Source of the DNA: Lingula anatina
Lineage: Eukaryota > Animalia > Brachiopoda
Assembly (NCBI GenBank): GCA_051362555.1
Contig: CM120640.1
Location: 38,728,788 to 38,792,787 of the forward strand
DNA length: 64,000 bases
Direction of reading: 5' to 3'
The notes under the pieces were generated by a model, which worked only from the letters and a program-made list of their open reading frames with translations, was not told the origin of the DNA and searched no databases. A program made the position numbers and the translations under genes. The stretch's first letter is position 1; each line of letters opens with the position of its first letter. Below are positions 49,342-63,300 of the stretch, in pieces.

Positions 49342-51964
49342 AACTAGAGGATCAGAGAGGCGATACCGCCTCCGGATATTGTACCACCAGCTGGAGTAAG
49401 CGCATTCGTATGGAACCCCCCCCCCCCAAAAAAAAAAGGGACACCATCACCAGTCTTGTGCTTGACAAGCTCTATAAAATGCAATCAACAAAAGTTCTCA
49501 AAATATGCCAAAAAATATGAATCAAAATGGTACAATCAAGCAGATTTTCGAACCGACCTGCATTTTCCTACCATTGATCACTCCTGTGATTCTCTAGACA
49601 AAAGGCCTATTGGTTTTCCTTAAAATGTGTTGTCAGTGGTGCATATATGCTGACAAAAGAGAAAACTTAGGGGCAACACCGGGCACATCTCTGCTAGTTT
49701 TAAAGATATGAGGAGCAAGAAAATATGCAAAGCTCAGTTCATGGTGAAAAAGTAGGTCAAAGTCAATTTCAACATCATAGTATATGAATTTCTATTCAAG
49801 TTCAATAGTAACCATGGGCATTTCTTTTCAAGTTTTGCAGATTTAAAGGCCAGAAAACATGCAAAAAGCAGTTCATCATAAAAATTAGGTCAAAGGTCAA
49901 TTTCAAGGTCACAGTTAGATTGCCAGTGTATTACTTCCTATTCAAGTTCAATAGTAACTATGGACATTTCTCTGCCAGTTTTGGAGATAAAAGGGAATGG
50001 AAATTTGAAAAGTTCAGTTCATGGTAAAAAGTAGGTCAAAGGTTAATTTTAAGGTCACAGTAAATTGCCAGTATATGACTTCCTATCCAAGTTCATTAGT
50101 AACTATGGGCATATCTTTTCCAGTTTTGAAAGTATAAGCATTAAAAAAGTTGCAAAGTTCAGTTTATGGTGTAAAGTAGGTCAAAGGTCAATTTCAAGGT
50201 CACAGATAAATTGCCAGTATGTGACTTCCTATTCAACTTCAATAGTAACTATAGACCTTTCTCTGCCAGTTTTGGAAATAAAAGGGAACCAAAATTTGCA
50301 AAGTTCAATTCATGATGAAAATTAGGTCAAAGGTTAATTTAAAGGTCATTCCTAGATTGCCAGTATATGACTTCCTATTCAAGTTCAATAGTAACTATGG
50401 ACCTATCTCTGCCAGTTTTGGAGATAAAAGGGAACAAAATTTTGCAAAGTTCAGTTCATGGTAAAAAGTAGGTCAAAGGTCAATTTTAAGGTCACAGTAA
50501 ATTGCCAGTATGTGACTTCCTATTCAAGTTCAATAGTAACTATGGACATATCTCTGCCAGTTTTAGAGAGAAAAGGGAACCAAAATTTGCAAAGTTCAGT
50601 TCATGGTGTAAAGTAGGTCAGAGGTCAATTTCAAGGTCACAGTTTGATTGCCAGTATATGACTTCCTATTGAAGTTCAATAGTAACTAATGGCGTATCTC
50701 TGCCAGTTTTCGAGATATAAGGGAGAGAAAATTTGCAAAGTTCAGTTCATGGTGAAAAGTAGGTCAGAGGTCAATTTTAAGGTCACAGTAAGATTGCCAG
50801 TATATGACTTCCTACTCAAGTTCAACAGTAGCTATGGGCGTATCTTTGCCAGTTTAAGAGATATAAGGGCTAGAAAATTTGCAAAGTTCAGTTCATGGTG
50901 AAAATTAGGTCAGAGGTCAATTTCAGGATCACAGTTAGATAGCCAGTACATTACTTCCTATTCAAGTTCAACAGTAACTATGGGCATATCTTTGCCAGTT
51001 TTGGAGATATAAAAATCAGAAAACTTGCTAAGTGCAGTTCATCATGAAAAGTAGGTCAAAGGTCAATTTCAAGGTCAGTTAGATTACAAGTATATGACTT
51101 CCTATTCAAGTTCAATAGTAACTATGGGCGTATCTCTGCTAATTTTGTAGTATTTCACATTTTATTTTCACCACTAAATATTGGATGTTGAACTGTCGAT
51201 ATAGTACAGTGCCTAAGCCGTATCGAAAACAAAAAACGGACACCACCTTCAGGGTTGCGCTTGACAAGCTCTACAAAATGCAAAAAACAACAGGTCTCTG
51301 GCATTAACAGTTCCAGAATTTGAGAGAGTTTTCAGTTTTGGCATCTAATGGCCGCTACTCCCGTGAAAATGCACCGATTGACCCCAAACTCACGAAGATG
51401 AAAGAAAACCCTAAGGGTAACACCTGTCCATAATATTATAAGTAAGATCTGTGAAGTTTCTGAAAATCGGCATAAAATAATAATTTTTTTGCAAAAAATT
51501 CCCATTTTTAGAAAATTTTGGCCCGTTTGACCTTGAAATAAAGGTCAAAGGTCAAATCCAAGGGCATATTTGAAATCTCCACATATGACTTTCGGTCAAC
51601 CATCTGAAGAAATTTTTCACATAATTCCTTCGGTATGGGAGATATTTAGCATTGAATTTTCAAAAATTTTGACAAGGGTGCATTATAACAAGTGCCACGC
51701 CCAGGCCAATGCACCGACTGAGACAAAAAGACCAGGGGGTTCAAGTTGAGATTATATGTGACCAAAATCCAAGAGATGGGGACACAGGTCCTTGCAGTCT
51801 AGGAGGAGAAGCGGTAACGGTGACTTGTATCCCACGCCATCCTGCGGAGCCGCAGGAGCCGCAGGAGCCGCATGAGCCGGCGGAGCCGCAGGAGCCGGCG
51901 GAGCTGTACGAGACGGGTCGGGACTAAAACCATGAGTACCGCCAGCGTACACGCTGGTGGTACT
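49342..51964 (-). mobile_element. Second-family non-autonomous Helentron-associated element (HINE) with an internal satellite array
   Basis: 5' palindrome agtaccgccagcgt-ac-acgctggtggtact (51935-51964), (GGAGCCGCA)n microsatellite at ~51845-51903, matching 3' subTIR gtaccaccagc (49381-49391) and terminal hairpin GAGGCG-ATAC-CGCCTC (49357-49372). It ends CTAGTT on the minus strand and is flanked on both sides by (TAA)n. Confidence 0.87.
49680..51150. repeat. Tandem array of ~10 monomers of ~145-146 bp inside the HINE
   Basis: aggtca(a/g)aggt(c/t)aattt recurs at ~49887, 50033, 50178, 50324, 50470, 50615, 50761, 50907 and 51053. Confidence 0.95.
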
Positions 51965-53221
51965 AATAATAATAATAATAATGCACAATCAGTTAATAGT
52001 GCTAATGAAAGTTAAATAAAATGCTAACGCACATGTAAAATAGCTCTATCTGTTCCTATCAGTAGGTGACGTTTGTCAAAAAAAAAATCAATGTTTGGCG
52101 GAAAAGAGCTTCATATAAAGAAGACAAGACCAGATAATGAGACATCAAGGTGTACCACTGTGTCATGCCAACTTGTTATAAATATCACAAAGTTGACAAT
52201 CATCACTGCAGATAAATCCATTACTTCACTTTTTGCCAAAAGGTTAACCTTTACAAACCAGGCTTGAATAAAGACCACTCGCTGAATTCCCTTGTGGATA
52301 TTTCTAACATAATTCTAGGTGAGATGATATTATTTCTGCCGCAAAACAAACCACTAACGTGTGACAAAAGGTTAAATGGATTTTCCAGGCTGCAGAAATT
52401 TGAGCCAAGCCAGCCTGGAAGCACAGCTTGAAGTGAAGACATGCAGAAATAGAAGAACCAGAATAACCGTGAAAGGTTTTTGTAGGTCCTAAGGTCCAAG
52501 CTTTGATGGTTGTTGACCATTATTTCAAACTAAGTTCATCCACACACACTTGTGCAGGGAAAGTTGCACATGTGCCAGCATATCTGCAGCAACACAAAGA
52601 TTTGGACTAGGTCTTGTGCATTGACAAGGCAAATATAAAATCTTTTCGGTGCTTTTAATTTTTCTCCCTTTTTGCCTCACAAGTTTGTCTATGCTCTTAG
52701 AGAAATGTTTTTTCTTTTTCTTTACTTAGTTTGAAAAACTATTGATAGCTCTTTAAAAATTAGTTAAAATTACAATTATATGATCTCCTCTCCTAATTTC
52801 AGACCTTCTCATTTAAAAAAAAATAAATTTGAAAAAAATTCTCTCATTCCTTACTTGCAATACAAGTCGCTCTTTCTTACTAAGGGGTATTTTCTGTACA
52901 TTTACATATCCTGAGAAGCTACAGATTATTTCCTGATTCAGACCTTAAAAATGATAAAACCCCTCATATTCAAGTACCTGATGCCAATATTTCCTCAAAA
53001 ATGTACAGGAAGACATGGTGGTCTAAATGACTGGCCAGTCGTTTGAAACTAAATCATTTAATTTGAAATGATAAAAAACACCAAATCCAAGTGAAGGGAA
53101 GGGCTGCACAATGATTCGTGAGTGGGAGAAAATTGCTTATCTTTTCATGGAAAATTATTTTTGGTGAGGAAAATCCCAGACAGGACACCTTTAATTTAGT
53201 TTCTTTGAAATATAAAACATT

Positions 53222-56200
53222 CTAATTAGCAAAGATGTCTCCCATGGGAATCCAGATATTCTTGCACTGGATTGCATGGTACAGGAACTCTTCACCTTGA
53301 CCTTGTTCCCGGTCAGCCCAGTTTCTGGACAGCCCATAGTTGACCCAGGTGCGCTTGACATTGACTGCAGACGTGTACTCCACAAACTTCGACCCCTCCG
53401 CAGAGCCAAAATACCACACCGACTGGATGTCTTGGTGCTCAGTGAGGTACTTGGTGAGATGATCGCGGTCTCCGGTGATGATATTAACTACCCCACCTGG
53501 CAGGTCAGATGTATCAAACACCTGAGGATTAGGAAAATAACAGTCATTTTGTTATAAATAAAAAAATGCATTACTCACCACGATCTTACCACAATTACCT
53601 TGGAGAAATGGGGTTAACAGTGTGTGTTAGCATGTATCACAGCATGCCCCAGTGTAAAATTGTCTCCCGCAGCAAGCATGAAACAATAAGGACTGCATGT
53701 GTCATACTGGTCACCACAGAGCATGGTACTTGACACCTAAGTCCAATAATATTCTTATTCACCTGATAAAGGTTACGATGAGGTGACAGAGATATTTGAG
53801 TCTAAAATCACAAAATGCACAGCGGAAACCAGCAAAGATTGACTTAAATACGCAATTTTAAAAACCACACAAGCTTTTCCCTGATTCAGGTTACACGCTG
53901 TATGCTGGATGCCAATCTCACGCCAGCTCACCTGATACAAGTCCAGGGCTGACAGGGGATACTTCTCGCTTGGCAAAATAACAATGCAATTTCCACGGAT
54001 AACTGCTGGAGCAAACAAGGACACAAAACCCAGCAGAGGATACTCATCAGGGCAAGCTATGCCAATGACACCCACTGGTTCATGAATCTTTACTGTGCAA
54101 CCATACAGGGTGGTTTCCTGAAATATATCATAATTTATACATTAGAAAAAAAACAGGGGGGAGGCTAATAACAAAATGCATTACTTCTCATTTGTTCAGT
54201 TTTTTACAATATTTATCAATCAAGTAAAAAGAAAAAAAAACTTATTCTAAACAACTATTCTTTTCTGCAACAATATTTGCTGCCTAAAAAACTGATTCAC
54301 TTCTTAGAACCACATCTTTATGACAATAACCTCATCTCCCTGTGAAACAGTGAAAGAAGGTATTAGACAGAATGCACTACCTGCACAGTGCCTCCATACT
54401 TGTCACAATAGGCGCCCCAGTGGAACAGCCTCTGTATGGCCAGGTCCACCTCCTGCAGCCCCGCCTCCAGTTTCTGACCTGTCATACTGCAGATCCTCTG
54501 TGCCACCTCCTGGCGACGTAGCTCCAAGTTTTCTGCCATGTAGTAGACTATCTGGGCCCGGTTGTGTGCTGCTCGCTTGCCCCATCTATTATATATCAAA
54601 ATCAACCCAATAAAATGTCTTGTGGATTTTTTCCAACTATCTGCTTCTGACATAACCATCAACTGCATTTCTTATGTTAAAAAAAGAAGAATGCATAAAT
54701 ACAAAATAAAACAAGTTTGAAATATGGTACAAGTTTAAAATATGGTTTAACATTACTGAGCTAGCTTAAGCTGGCAAACATACACCCCACTGATTGCATC
54801 AAGACTGAAAAGATAACAACCAATATCAGTCTAAACCCTGATAAATGATCCTGTAAAACAGGGAAAAGTATTTTAGCAAAAATCAAGGTGGCAATACAGG
54901 AGAATGTCTGTTTAAATTGCTTAAAAGGGTGTAACTTTTGAAGCATTGATTCCACAATTAAAAGGCCAATTTACAAAGTCAACCTGTATGTCAGCTTTCC
55001 TGATGTCTCTACATGCCTACAGCCCGTCTCTACTTGCTGGAAAATAACACTCTGAACTGTCAAATTTATTTTAAGACCAAACACTTCACTGCCGGCCAGT
55101 CCAGGAGTTGGTTTAGGAATTAACATTAAATTTAAAATGTCAAAATTATGTGACTTTGCAGAAAATCTCACTGACAGTGCCTGCTCATAAAAATAAATAC
55201 ATTGTCAAACAAGTATAAATTGTCAAACACTAAAAAAATGTCACCAAATACTGAAATATAGAATGCTAATCTGCATGTCAAACTCAAAGATTTTAGTCCT
55301 CACAAACATACTACTGTGAGCTGAAATGATGAACATCTTCCAAATTTAGCACTGCATACAAAGAAACAACTCTAAATGAACAGAGAAACGTACCCTGGTG
55401 CTGCTTTATGTGCCACTTCCACTGCATTCCTGATGTCTTTCCTGTTCCCCTCACCCACATGAGCCAGCACTTTACCATTAGGACCCATTACTGGCCTGGC
55501 ATAGGGAGCATCAGGGCGCTTCTGGGCACCACCATAGTACATCTTATAGGTGCGGTCAATACTGAAAATTAAATTGTTCAGAGCCTGTCAAAAAATATCC
55601 ATCTATGTGCATGTGTTCATGGTAAATACTGCAAGATATCATTAATTTTTTAAATACTGATATTGGAAGAATTTTTTAAATTGAGATTAGATATGTTATC
55701 AGTAGTTCCCATATTTCAACACTATTGATAAAAATTTTTATTTTTTTTGTGTGAAATTTCTGAATAACAAAATGCGAATGAAAAGGCTAATTATAACCTT
55801 GTTATTGATTTCTAGATATCAGCATGAAAAGCTTGATGCCAAAAGGATGTCAACAATTTTTTTCAAATAGGTTCAAACTGAACTGGTCACAAGAGAAAAT
55901 CATTAATATCTTGGTTCTTTGTAATTTAAAGTGATCTAATCATTAAGTGTAAAAACTATCTGACTAGCTCTTACAATTCCTCTTTTAATTTTAAATTTCA
56001 CATTTTGTCTGCATCTTCCTGTCATTAACATAGGTTCTCCAATGTACTCATGTTCGTACGCTTGTTCTCAAATACACGCAAACGAAACCTGGTGCATTTT
56101 ACAGATATAAATAGGGTGGTAATCCATTAACAGATTAAATATCTTTTGTGGTTTTTATCATTGTTACCTTGCAGCACTTTTGTATCTATCAGCATGTAAT

Positions 56201-57179
56201 GAAACAATGCATTCTGTTCACTCAATCCATCACGACATTTGGAATGCTTTAACACAAAATATTCATACTTTCTTTTGTAAATATTACCAAGACCAATAAT
56301 CCAAACCAGGAGTTTTTTGGCAACTGAATTTTTTCTTCAAAGGTTAATCAGTGTGATATTTGAAACTAACCTTAGCCAGAAATATCAGGGTGCATTGCCC
56401 TTGCAAAGTTAATTATTGAGGGCTCTCAGCACCGACTTCCAATTATATATACTATTGTTCAAACACACACACAAACAAACACATAAACAAAAACACACAC
56501 ACAACCCTTATGACCACTTATATTTGAAAAAAAAAAAATCAAATGCACTTACATGGTCAGTGTACCTATATTAATAAAATATATGACATCATGACTCCCT
56601 ATTACATTTTTTAAACACAAAAAAAAGAGAAGCAAAACAAAATTAATTATCTCTTTACCCTTTCTGTCCAGTATTTAGGAAAATTCTGGACCTGACATAT
56701 TATAAATAACTCAAAAAAACGTGAATCCCACAAATCAATCTAAAACAACAATATCAAGTTCAGCAAAAATGTTAAACATAAAAAATTATCACTATAATAG
56801 TGCCTTTCCACAGAATCTCTCATTCCCTCAAGATTTTTACATTCATGTTATAAGAAATATCATGTTAAAAAAAAAAGAAATGAACATCATTCTAATTTCT
56901 CTTAAGTTAACTGGTAATCATTTTTTAGTTAACTGGCAAGACAAATAAAATCTTTGGCAGTGGGAAGGACAATACAAGATGGCTTTTTTTTTAATGATAT
57001 TCAGTTAAACAGCAGCAGTACCTGGGCAGTGTCACACCATCTGTTGTAATATCTGTGGAAGAATTGTTGGTAATGGTAGGCCTGGCTGCCAATGTAGCAC
57101 CAAATGTCTTGTAGTCAATATCTCCAACCTCTGGCCTGGCTCTCTCCTCCCAGGCTGGTCTAGTGTACTCAAACAAACC
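53222..57179 (-). CDS. ALDH16A1: Aldehyde dehydrogenase family 16 member A1, last five coding exons (5' part beyond the window end)
   Basis: Exons 57022-57179, 55394-55561, 54381-54585, 53932-54117 and 53222-53521 join in frame: GLFEYTRP...IDRTYKMYYGGAQKRPD...GEGNRKDIRNAVEVAHKA.PGW...HNRAQIVYYMAENL...RLFHWGAYCDKYGG...EPVGVIGIACPDEYPLLGFVSL...SDLPGGVVNIITG...KNIWIPMGDIFAN*. This is the extra C-terminal Rossmann-like domain typical of ALDH16. Confidence 0.92.
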
Positions 57180-57326
57180 CTGGAAAAATGTGATTAATTC
57201 AGCCTTCCACAATGATCAATGATAAAACAATGATGTGGTAATCCCAAACATAATTTATGACAAGAGCACTTCTTATTCCAATTCATTCTAAACCCTTTTT
57301 CAAGTTTGAAAAAAAAACAAAAAAAA

Positions 57327-60300
57327 AACAAGGCAGCAAAGCTGTCAAATGTACAGACAAAAAGCAGGAAATAACAATGTGTAAAATATGCTACTGTCAA
57401 TACTGATGCAAAAGTACCTTATGGTTAACTGCAAATTTAACATCAAATATCAACTAAGCTCAACAGGTATTACTGATGTAAGTAAAATGTGTAACAATCA
57501 TAAAGATTCAGGCCTATGAGAGACAAGAAATTGAAAATGCCAGAATGACAAAAATGAATATTTATGAAATTGCATTAATGCATTATAAATGATAAATAAA
57601 TTCAGCTGGCTTTCTAATTTGAGCTTCATGTTAAGCTTAAAATTGTTCTTGTAAGTTTAAAATAATAAGTAAAAGTTTTCTTTTCATAACGATTGTAGTA
57701 GCAGTGGACAGAGATTTGTGTCAATTTTGATGTAAAATTATATAATAAATTACAGAATAATTATGAGCAAGTTTAATTATTGACTTTAAATAACATGGAC
57801 ATGTAGGAAATTTGATAACGATTTAGCTCTATTGGTCATGGGAGTTCCAAGTTCCACATTGAATATGCCAATACGATAAAAATGAATATTTGACCACAAT
57901 GTATAAGTCGCAGTAAAAGAAGTCAATTAGACTGTTTTCCCAACTGAAGCTGCATTTTAGTCCTGTGTTTCTTTTTTGTAAGTTTGACAATCATAAGTAA
58001 CTTTGTTTTTCATAAGGGACATGATGGTAGCAGCATCGAAAATTGGGGTTTCTTCAATTTAGATGCAATATTACATAATGCTTAACAGCATAATGACTAT
58101 CAATTTATAATAATAAAATAGTAGTGGCATGGATATTCAGTAAATGTGACTGGCAAAGGTCTTTAAGCCCATGGAGGTTCAAAGGCACATCTTGAAAGTG
58201 GCCACTTGTAAAAAATTGTATGTTTATAAAGAAAAACTATAAAGGAAAATTAACCAAACAGACTGCATTGCCAATTGAACTTGAAGTTGTTTTTCTGGCC
58301 CATGTTTGTTTCTTGAAAGTTTGAGAACAGTAAGTGACATGGTTTTTCTCAAATGGTTACTATAGTGGTAGTGCTTAAAATAGGGCTTATTTAATTTTGA
58401 TGCAATATTATGTAATGCTCAACAGCATAATGACTACCAATTTTTAATGATAAAATATTGATAATATGGATAATCAGAAAAATGAGTGGCAAAGGTGGTC
58501 AGGCCCATAGAACATCAAAGTGACACCTTGAAAATGCCAAAAATGTAAATAAGAGAAAACTCTACTAAAATGGGTTTATTTATATTTTCAATACTTTTTT
58601 TATATAAAACAAAATTATTAATTTACTCTCATTTGTATATGACACTTAGAAAATTGTTGAGGTGCCAAAAATATTTTTATTGGCATCTTTGTGTAACCAA
58701 AATTTCTGCGTCTGGTGTAATATTGATTAATTAATTTTATGGGTGTACACATTTTGAATCACTTTGAAAAAGATAAATAGAAATGGAATTATGGATACTT
58801 GCCAGGTTATGTGTTTCTGTATATTTTATGTGACTTATTTCATTGCATTATTTTGATATTATTTAGAACGTTGAATTACATCTAAAATAAGAACATTGTT
58901 TTGTTAGTTTTCTTTATATTAGTGCAGTAGTAAGATTTTAATAATGAAAAAGATAATCTGGTTTAGTGTATTCGATTTTCTGCTTTTTTTTTATTTAGAC
59001 TCGGCTGTCGTACTATCTGCATTACAGACCCTGGGCATTTTGCTAACTGAAAATTGAAAGCTTTATAGTAGTCATATATCTGTTAAAAATGATTTACATA
59101 ACTAATTGGTGAGGTAATTTTAGTGCATTTATTTTCTAAGACACCAAAATAAAGAAAAATGACACTATAACAAGCTAATATATAACTATTTGGCTGCATT
59201 CACATGCAAAATTTAAAAAATCCATTGGTGGTATGTAGTGATCACGGTCTGCGCCCTGTTTACTCTGTAGTGCAATTAATTAGTAGCATGAGCTAGTCAT
59301 TTCCAAAGCTGTAATTAATTTGCGCTGCTAGTTATTTACGCCATGGGGTATTCAGCATTAATACAAAAAAGTATACAATGTACAGCTTGAACATTACACA
59401 TCAATCAGCATAAGGTAAATGAATCTTAGAATACAAAGCATTTGTAAATATGACCAGAATGGAATGTGCTAGACCAGAACTGCATGTCTGCAACAAAACC
59501 AAGGGTACATAATAGCTATGGAATATAACATTTTGTTCATTGTAAGACAAACATTTTATTACATATCTGTTTTACTTTCAATTTTATAAAACTAACTGTA
59601 TTCACAAAATAAGAAACGATAGGAGACACTCTGTTTTGCTATGCTCCATAAAATACAATCAAAATCATTCAATAGCCATACAGATTTCTTAAAATTTCTT
59701 TTTCTGACAATTTTTTTTTGCAACCAACATTTAAATAGTCAAAATGAATAAACCTAAATAATTTACTCTAAATAGTCTTCTCAATCAGAGGTACAAAAAC
59801 TGTACATGACATTGTTTTTTGTTCAAGTATACTGAGTGTTCTTGAGTGTGAAGAATGAACATTTCAACTTCACAAATAACACATCTCCAACAGTGTCAAT
59901 TATATCATTTTTTGTTCTTTCTTCATACTATGAGTAAGAAGAGAAATCCTATGCTTGAGCTCAGTCTTGTTTCCATAAACACCATGGAAAGAAGTTACAA
60001 CTGAACATTAATCTTCTCCAAGTAGGTGATATTTTCCTTTCTGAAATTAAGAAATATATGTAACATGACATATTAAGCACATGAAGATTTGTCACTGCTC
60101 AATTTGGTTATTTTTTTTAATGTGTTTGGTACACTGAAATTGACTAGACAGCAAAGCTGGCACAGTAGCAAGTGATCCAGTTTTAAGGGATATATAAGCC
60201 ACTGAAAATGTCAATGTGTGAAAAAAAATAATTCAGTAAACAAATATCATTTGTCAATTTCAAGTATTATGAAGTTGAAGAAATGGGTGTGACATTATTA

Positions 60301-63300
60301 TTCCACATGTATAGGTAAAAGTAAATAATCTTTTTTTAAAGAAGGGGTAAATTCGTAAAGGTTTGTTAATGTTTTTTTTTTTTTTTTTTTTTTTTGAAGT
60401 GTCATTCTATAAAACTTCTGCACATGTTTAGCTGTATATGTGGTTGGAAGTACACAAGGTTAAATGAAATTTGGGAGTAATTTGTCTTATAATCTGTAAT
60501 AAAAATTTAAAGACAATCTTTAGGAAAAGACAAACAGACTGGAAAGTGATCACCAAAATAAGTGGGCAAAACTATAATTTTAAGATCTGTATGATAAAAG
60601 TTTGTGAAGACAAGATCTAAGGCTGAGTCATAATTGGTAGTTGGAGTTGTGACATGTTGTCTAAACATAAGGTCTTGGCACATCATTTTTCTGAGAGCAT
60701 TTGCATTGTTTTCATGGAGCCAGTTGACATTAAAGTCACCTATAATAACACATTTGTCTGTCTTATCAATAGTGTCAAGAATATTTCTCAAAGCCTCAAG
60801 AAGAACCTGCATTTTACCATGAGGAGGTCGGTAAATTGTGATGACAACAAAGTCAGGAAACTGATCTAATCGTGTGACAGTAATCTCAATTCCAGAAAAA
60901 TTGCAATTTTTTGGAAAATTCTCTGCATATCTATGGTGACTGTAGATAGCAGTACCATGCTGTCTATGAAGAGTACTATCATTTCTGTGAAGATATTTAT
61001 CTTTTAGCTGGTATTTTGTATTTAGGTCTTTAATTGCAAATCTGGTCTCTGTGAAAGCACATACATCTGCTTTCCCTACATCAAAATTCTTTCTGATATC
61101 ATCAATGTATTTGTGAAGAGAACAGCAATTCCAATGGATTATTTTGAAGTGGTCATCTGGTTGTTCATATAGAAAAGATATTGATTTAACAAGCTGTGCT
61201 TCTTGCCTTAAACGTTTCATTTCTTGTTTAACTTTGTCAGAAATGCATATTTTACTGGCATTTAATTCCAAAATATGCAATCCTTCTAATTTTTCTACAC
61301 GACTAAGTGCAACATAATGCATGTGCTCATTTTTTCTGCCACTGAGATCTACAACTAATTCTTTCAATGTGTCACCTTGACATCTGTGTATAGTTTTTGC
61401 AGCAGACAACTGCAGTGGGAATTGTTTTCTTACGACTTGATACTGTCCTGTTTTTCCCAGGTGAAATTGTCTTTTAACAGGAAAGATAGGTGTCCATGTT
61501 TTTGAAATGTTGCTGTTATATAATGGTTTGTTCATTCTTCTAACATTTTTGCCAATGTCCTCTGCATCAAATTGTACCCAAATTAATTGTCTGTCTAAAT
61601 CTACCAGTTTCACAACATTTGGTGCACCATTAGTAATGCCATCTTCTGTGTCAACATTTAGGACAACTTCAGTTCTTTCCCCAACTGCAATATGCAGAAT
61701 CCTTCGTAAATTCATGGTTTTTTTATGATCCAATGGAATTTGCTTTCTGATGTTGTTTTCTAAATGTTTTGGTACAGGCCCAGTGATAGTATCAGTGGCT
61801 GCAATTTGAAATTTTTCTCCTTTTGCATTTTGATAACTGGCATGATTGAAATTTTCTACCAGAGAATTTGTTTGGAAAACATGTAGTAATGGTTGTTGGC
61901 TAGTTTTTGATTGATCAAGTTGACGTTCACTTAGAACTTTTATGTCTTTGTCTGTGTGATGTCCTTCTCTAAGCCTATTTAAAATTTCTGCAAACTCTTT
62001 ACTGTCTTTTTGACGCATGATCTCGGTCAGTTCATACATGTGAAAATGTTTCTGCCACAAATTAGTAGCTAATGGATAATAGTCATTGTTTGGATTTTCA
62101 AATATCCAGTTATCAAACACAGGCTTCAGTTGAAATAGGTCACCTATAGCCACAATGCTAACACCTCCAAACAGTCTGTCATTGTTTTTTAGTTCTTTTA
62201 ACCGTTCATTGATGAAACTTAACATTTTACTCCCAACCATTGAAACTTCGTCAATAAAGAGAACTTTAAGTGATCCAAGTTTGTATCTGAAACTGTTTAA
62301 CACATCAGCACTGAGTCTTTTATATTTGAGACTTTGATTTGCAGGAATTTTCAGTAAACTGTGAATTGTGTGGCCACCAATATTATAAGCAGCTTTTCCT
62401 GTAGGAGCAACCAAAGCAACTCTAATTGTCCGGAAGTCTTCACCAGGTAAACTTGACAAGTACTTTAAAATACCTTGATACAGAGCACGAGTGACAAATG
62501 ATTTCCCCACACCAGCACCTCCAGACAGGAATATGTGAAACGGATCAGAATTGGATTTGATTAAATGTAAAACATGATGGAAAAACTCTAACTGTTGTCT
62601 GTTCATGTTTCTAATCATTTTATAGTAACTGATATCAGGTATTTCTTTATTAACAATTTCTTCTTCAGTGCAACTTTTGGCAGATACATGTATACCCAAA
62701 TCTTCTGCCAAGTCATAGGACAGACCAACAGAAGATTGTACCACATCACTAGGTTCACACTGATCCACTTCATTTTGACACTCAGTATTTGGTGCAACAG
62801 TGGCCCACATATCTTCATCTTCACTATCCATGTTATTTAGATCTTCCATTGCTCTGTGCAATTCATCTTTAGCTGGAGAATACATTCTCTGCTGTTCCCA
62901 TATCTCATTTTCTAAATGTTGACATCTCTGTTCGTAACTTTCAAAATCTTGCAAAATGTCAGATTCTTCATTTCTCCATGGAATATACAACATCAATAGC
63001 TCACGGTAATGCTTTTCAGGATATAAACTCTCACTGAACCAAACACTGCGAATAATTTTTGCTTTTTTTCGTTTAATAATGTCTGTTTCACATGGAATAT
63101 CATGAATATCATCCTCAAAATTTTCAAGGTCATGCTTTTCCAATGGCATACCATCTGTATCTAATAATCTAGAAGATCTTTTCTTGCTTCCGCCAATAAT
63201 GTTCAAATTGTTGTCATAATATGCAGCAAAATCTGCAAGGGAAACATTGTCCAAGGAAGGTAAGCGCCTGCTATAACGTTTCAAAAGATTGCTGGACTCA

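Noticed and set aside
49680-51150. Regular repeats superficially resembling a CRISPR array
   Set aside because: Whole monomers repeat with no unique spacers, there are no cas genes, and the context is eukaryotic; it is a satellite in a HINE.
51709-51988. EPQEPQ / PAPAAP ORFs
   Set aside because: Translation of the (GGAGCCGCA)n microsatellite at the HINE end.
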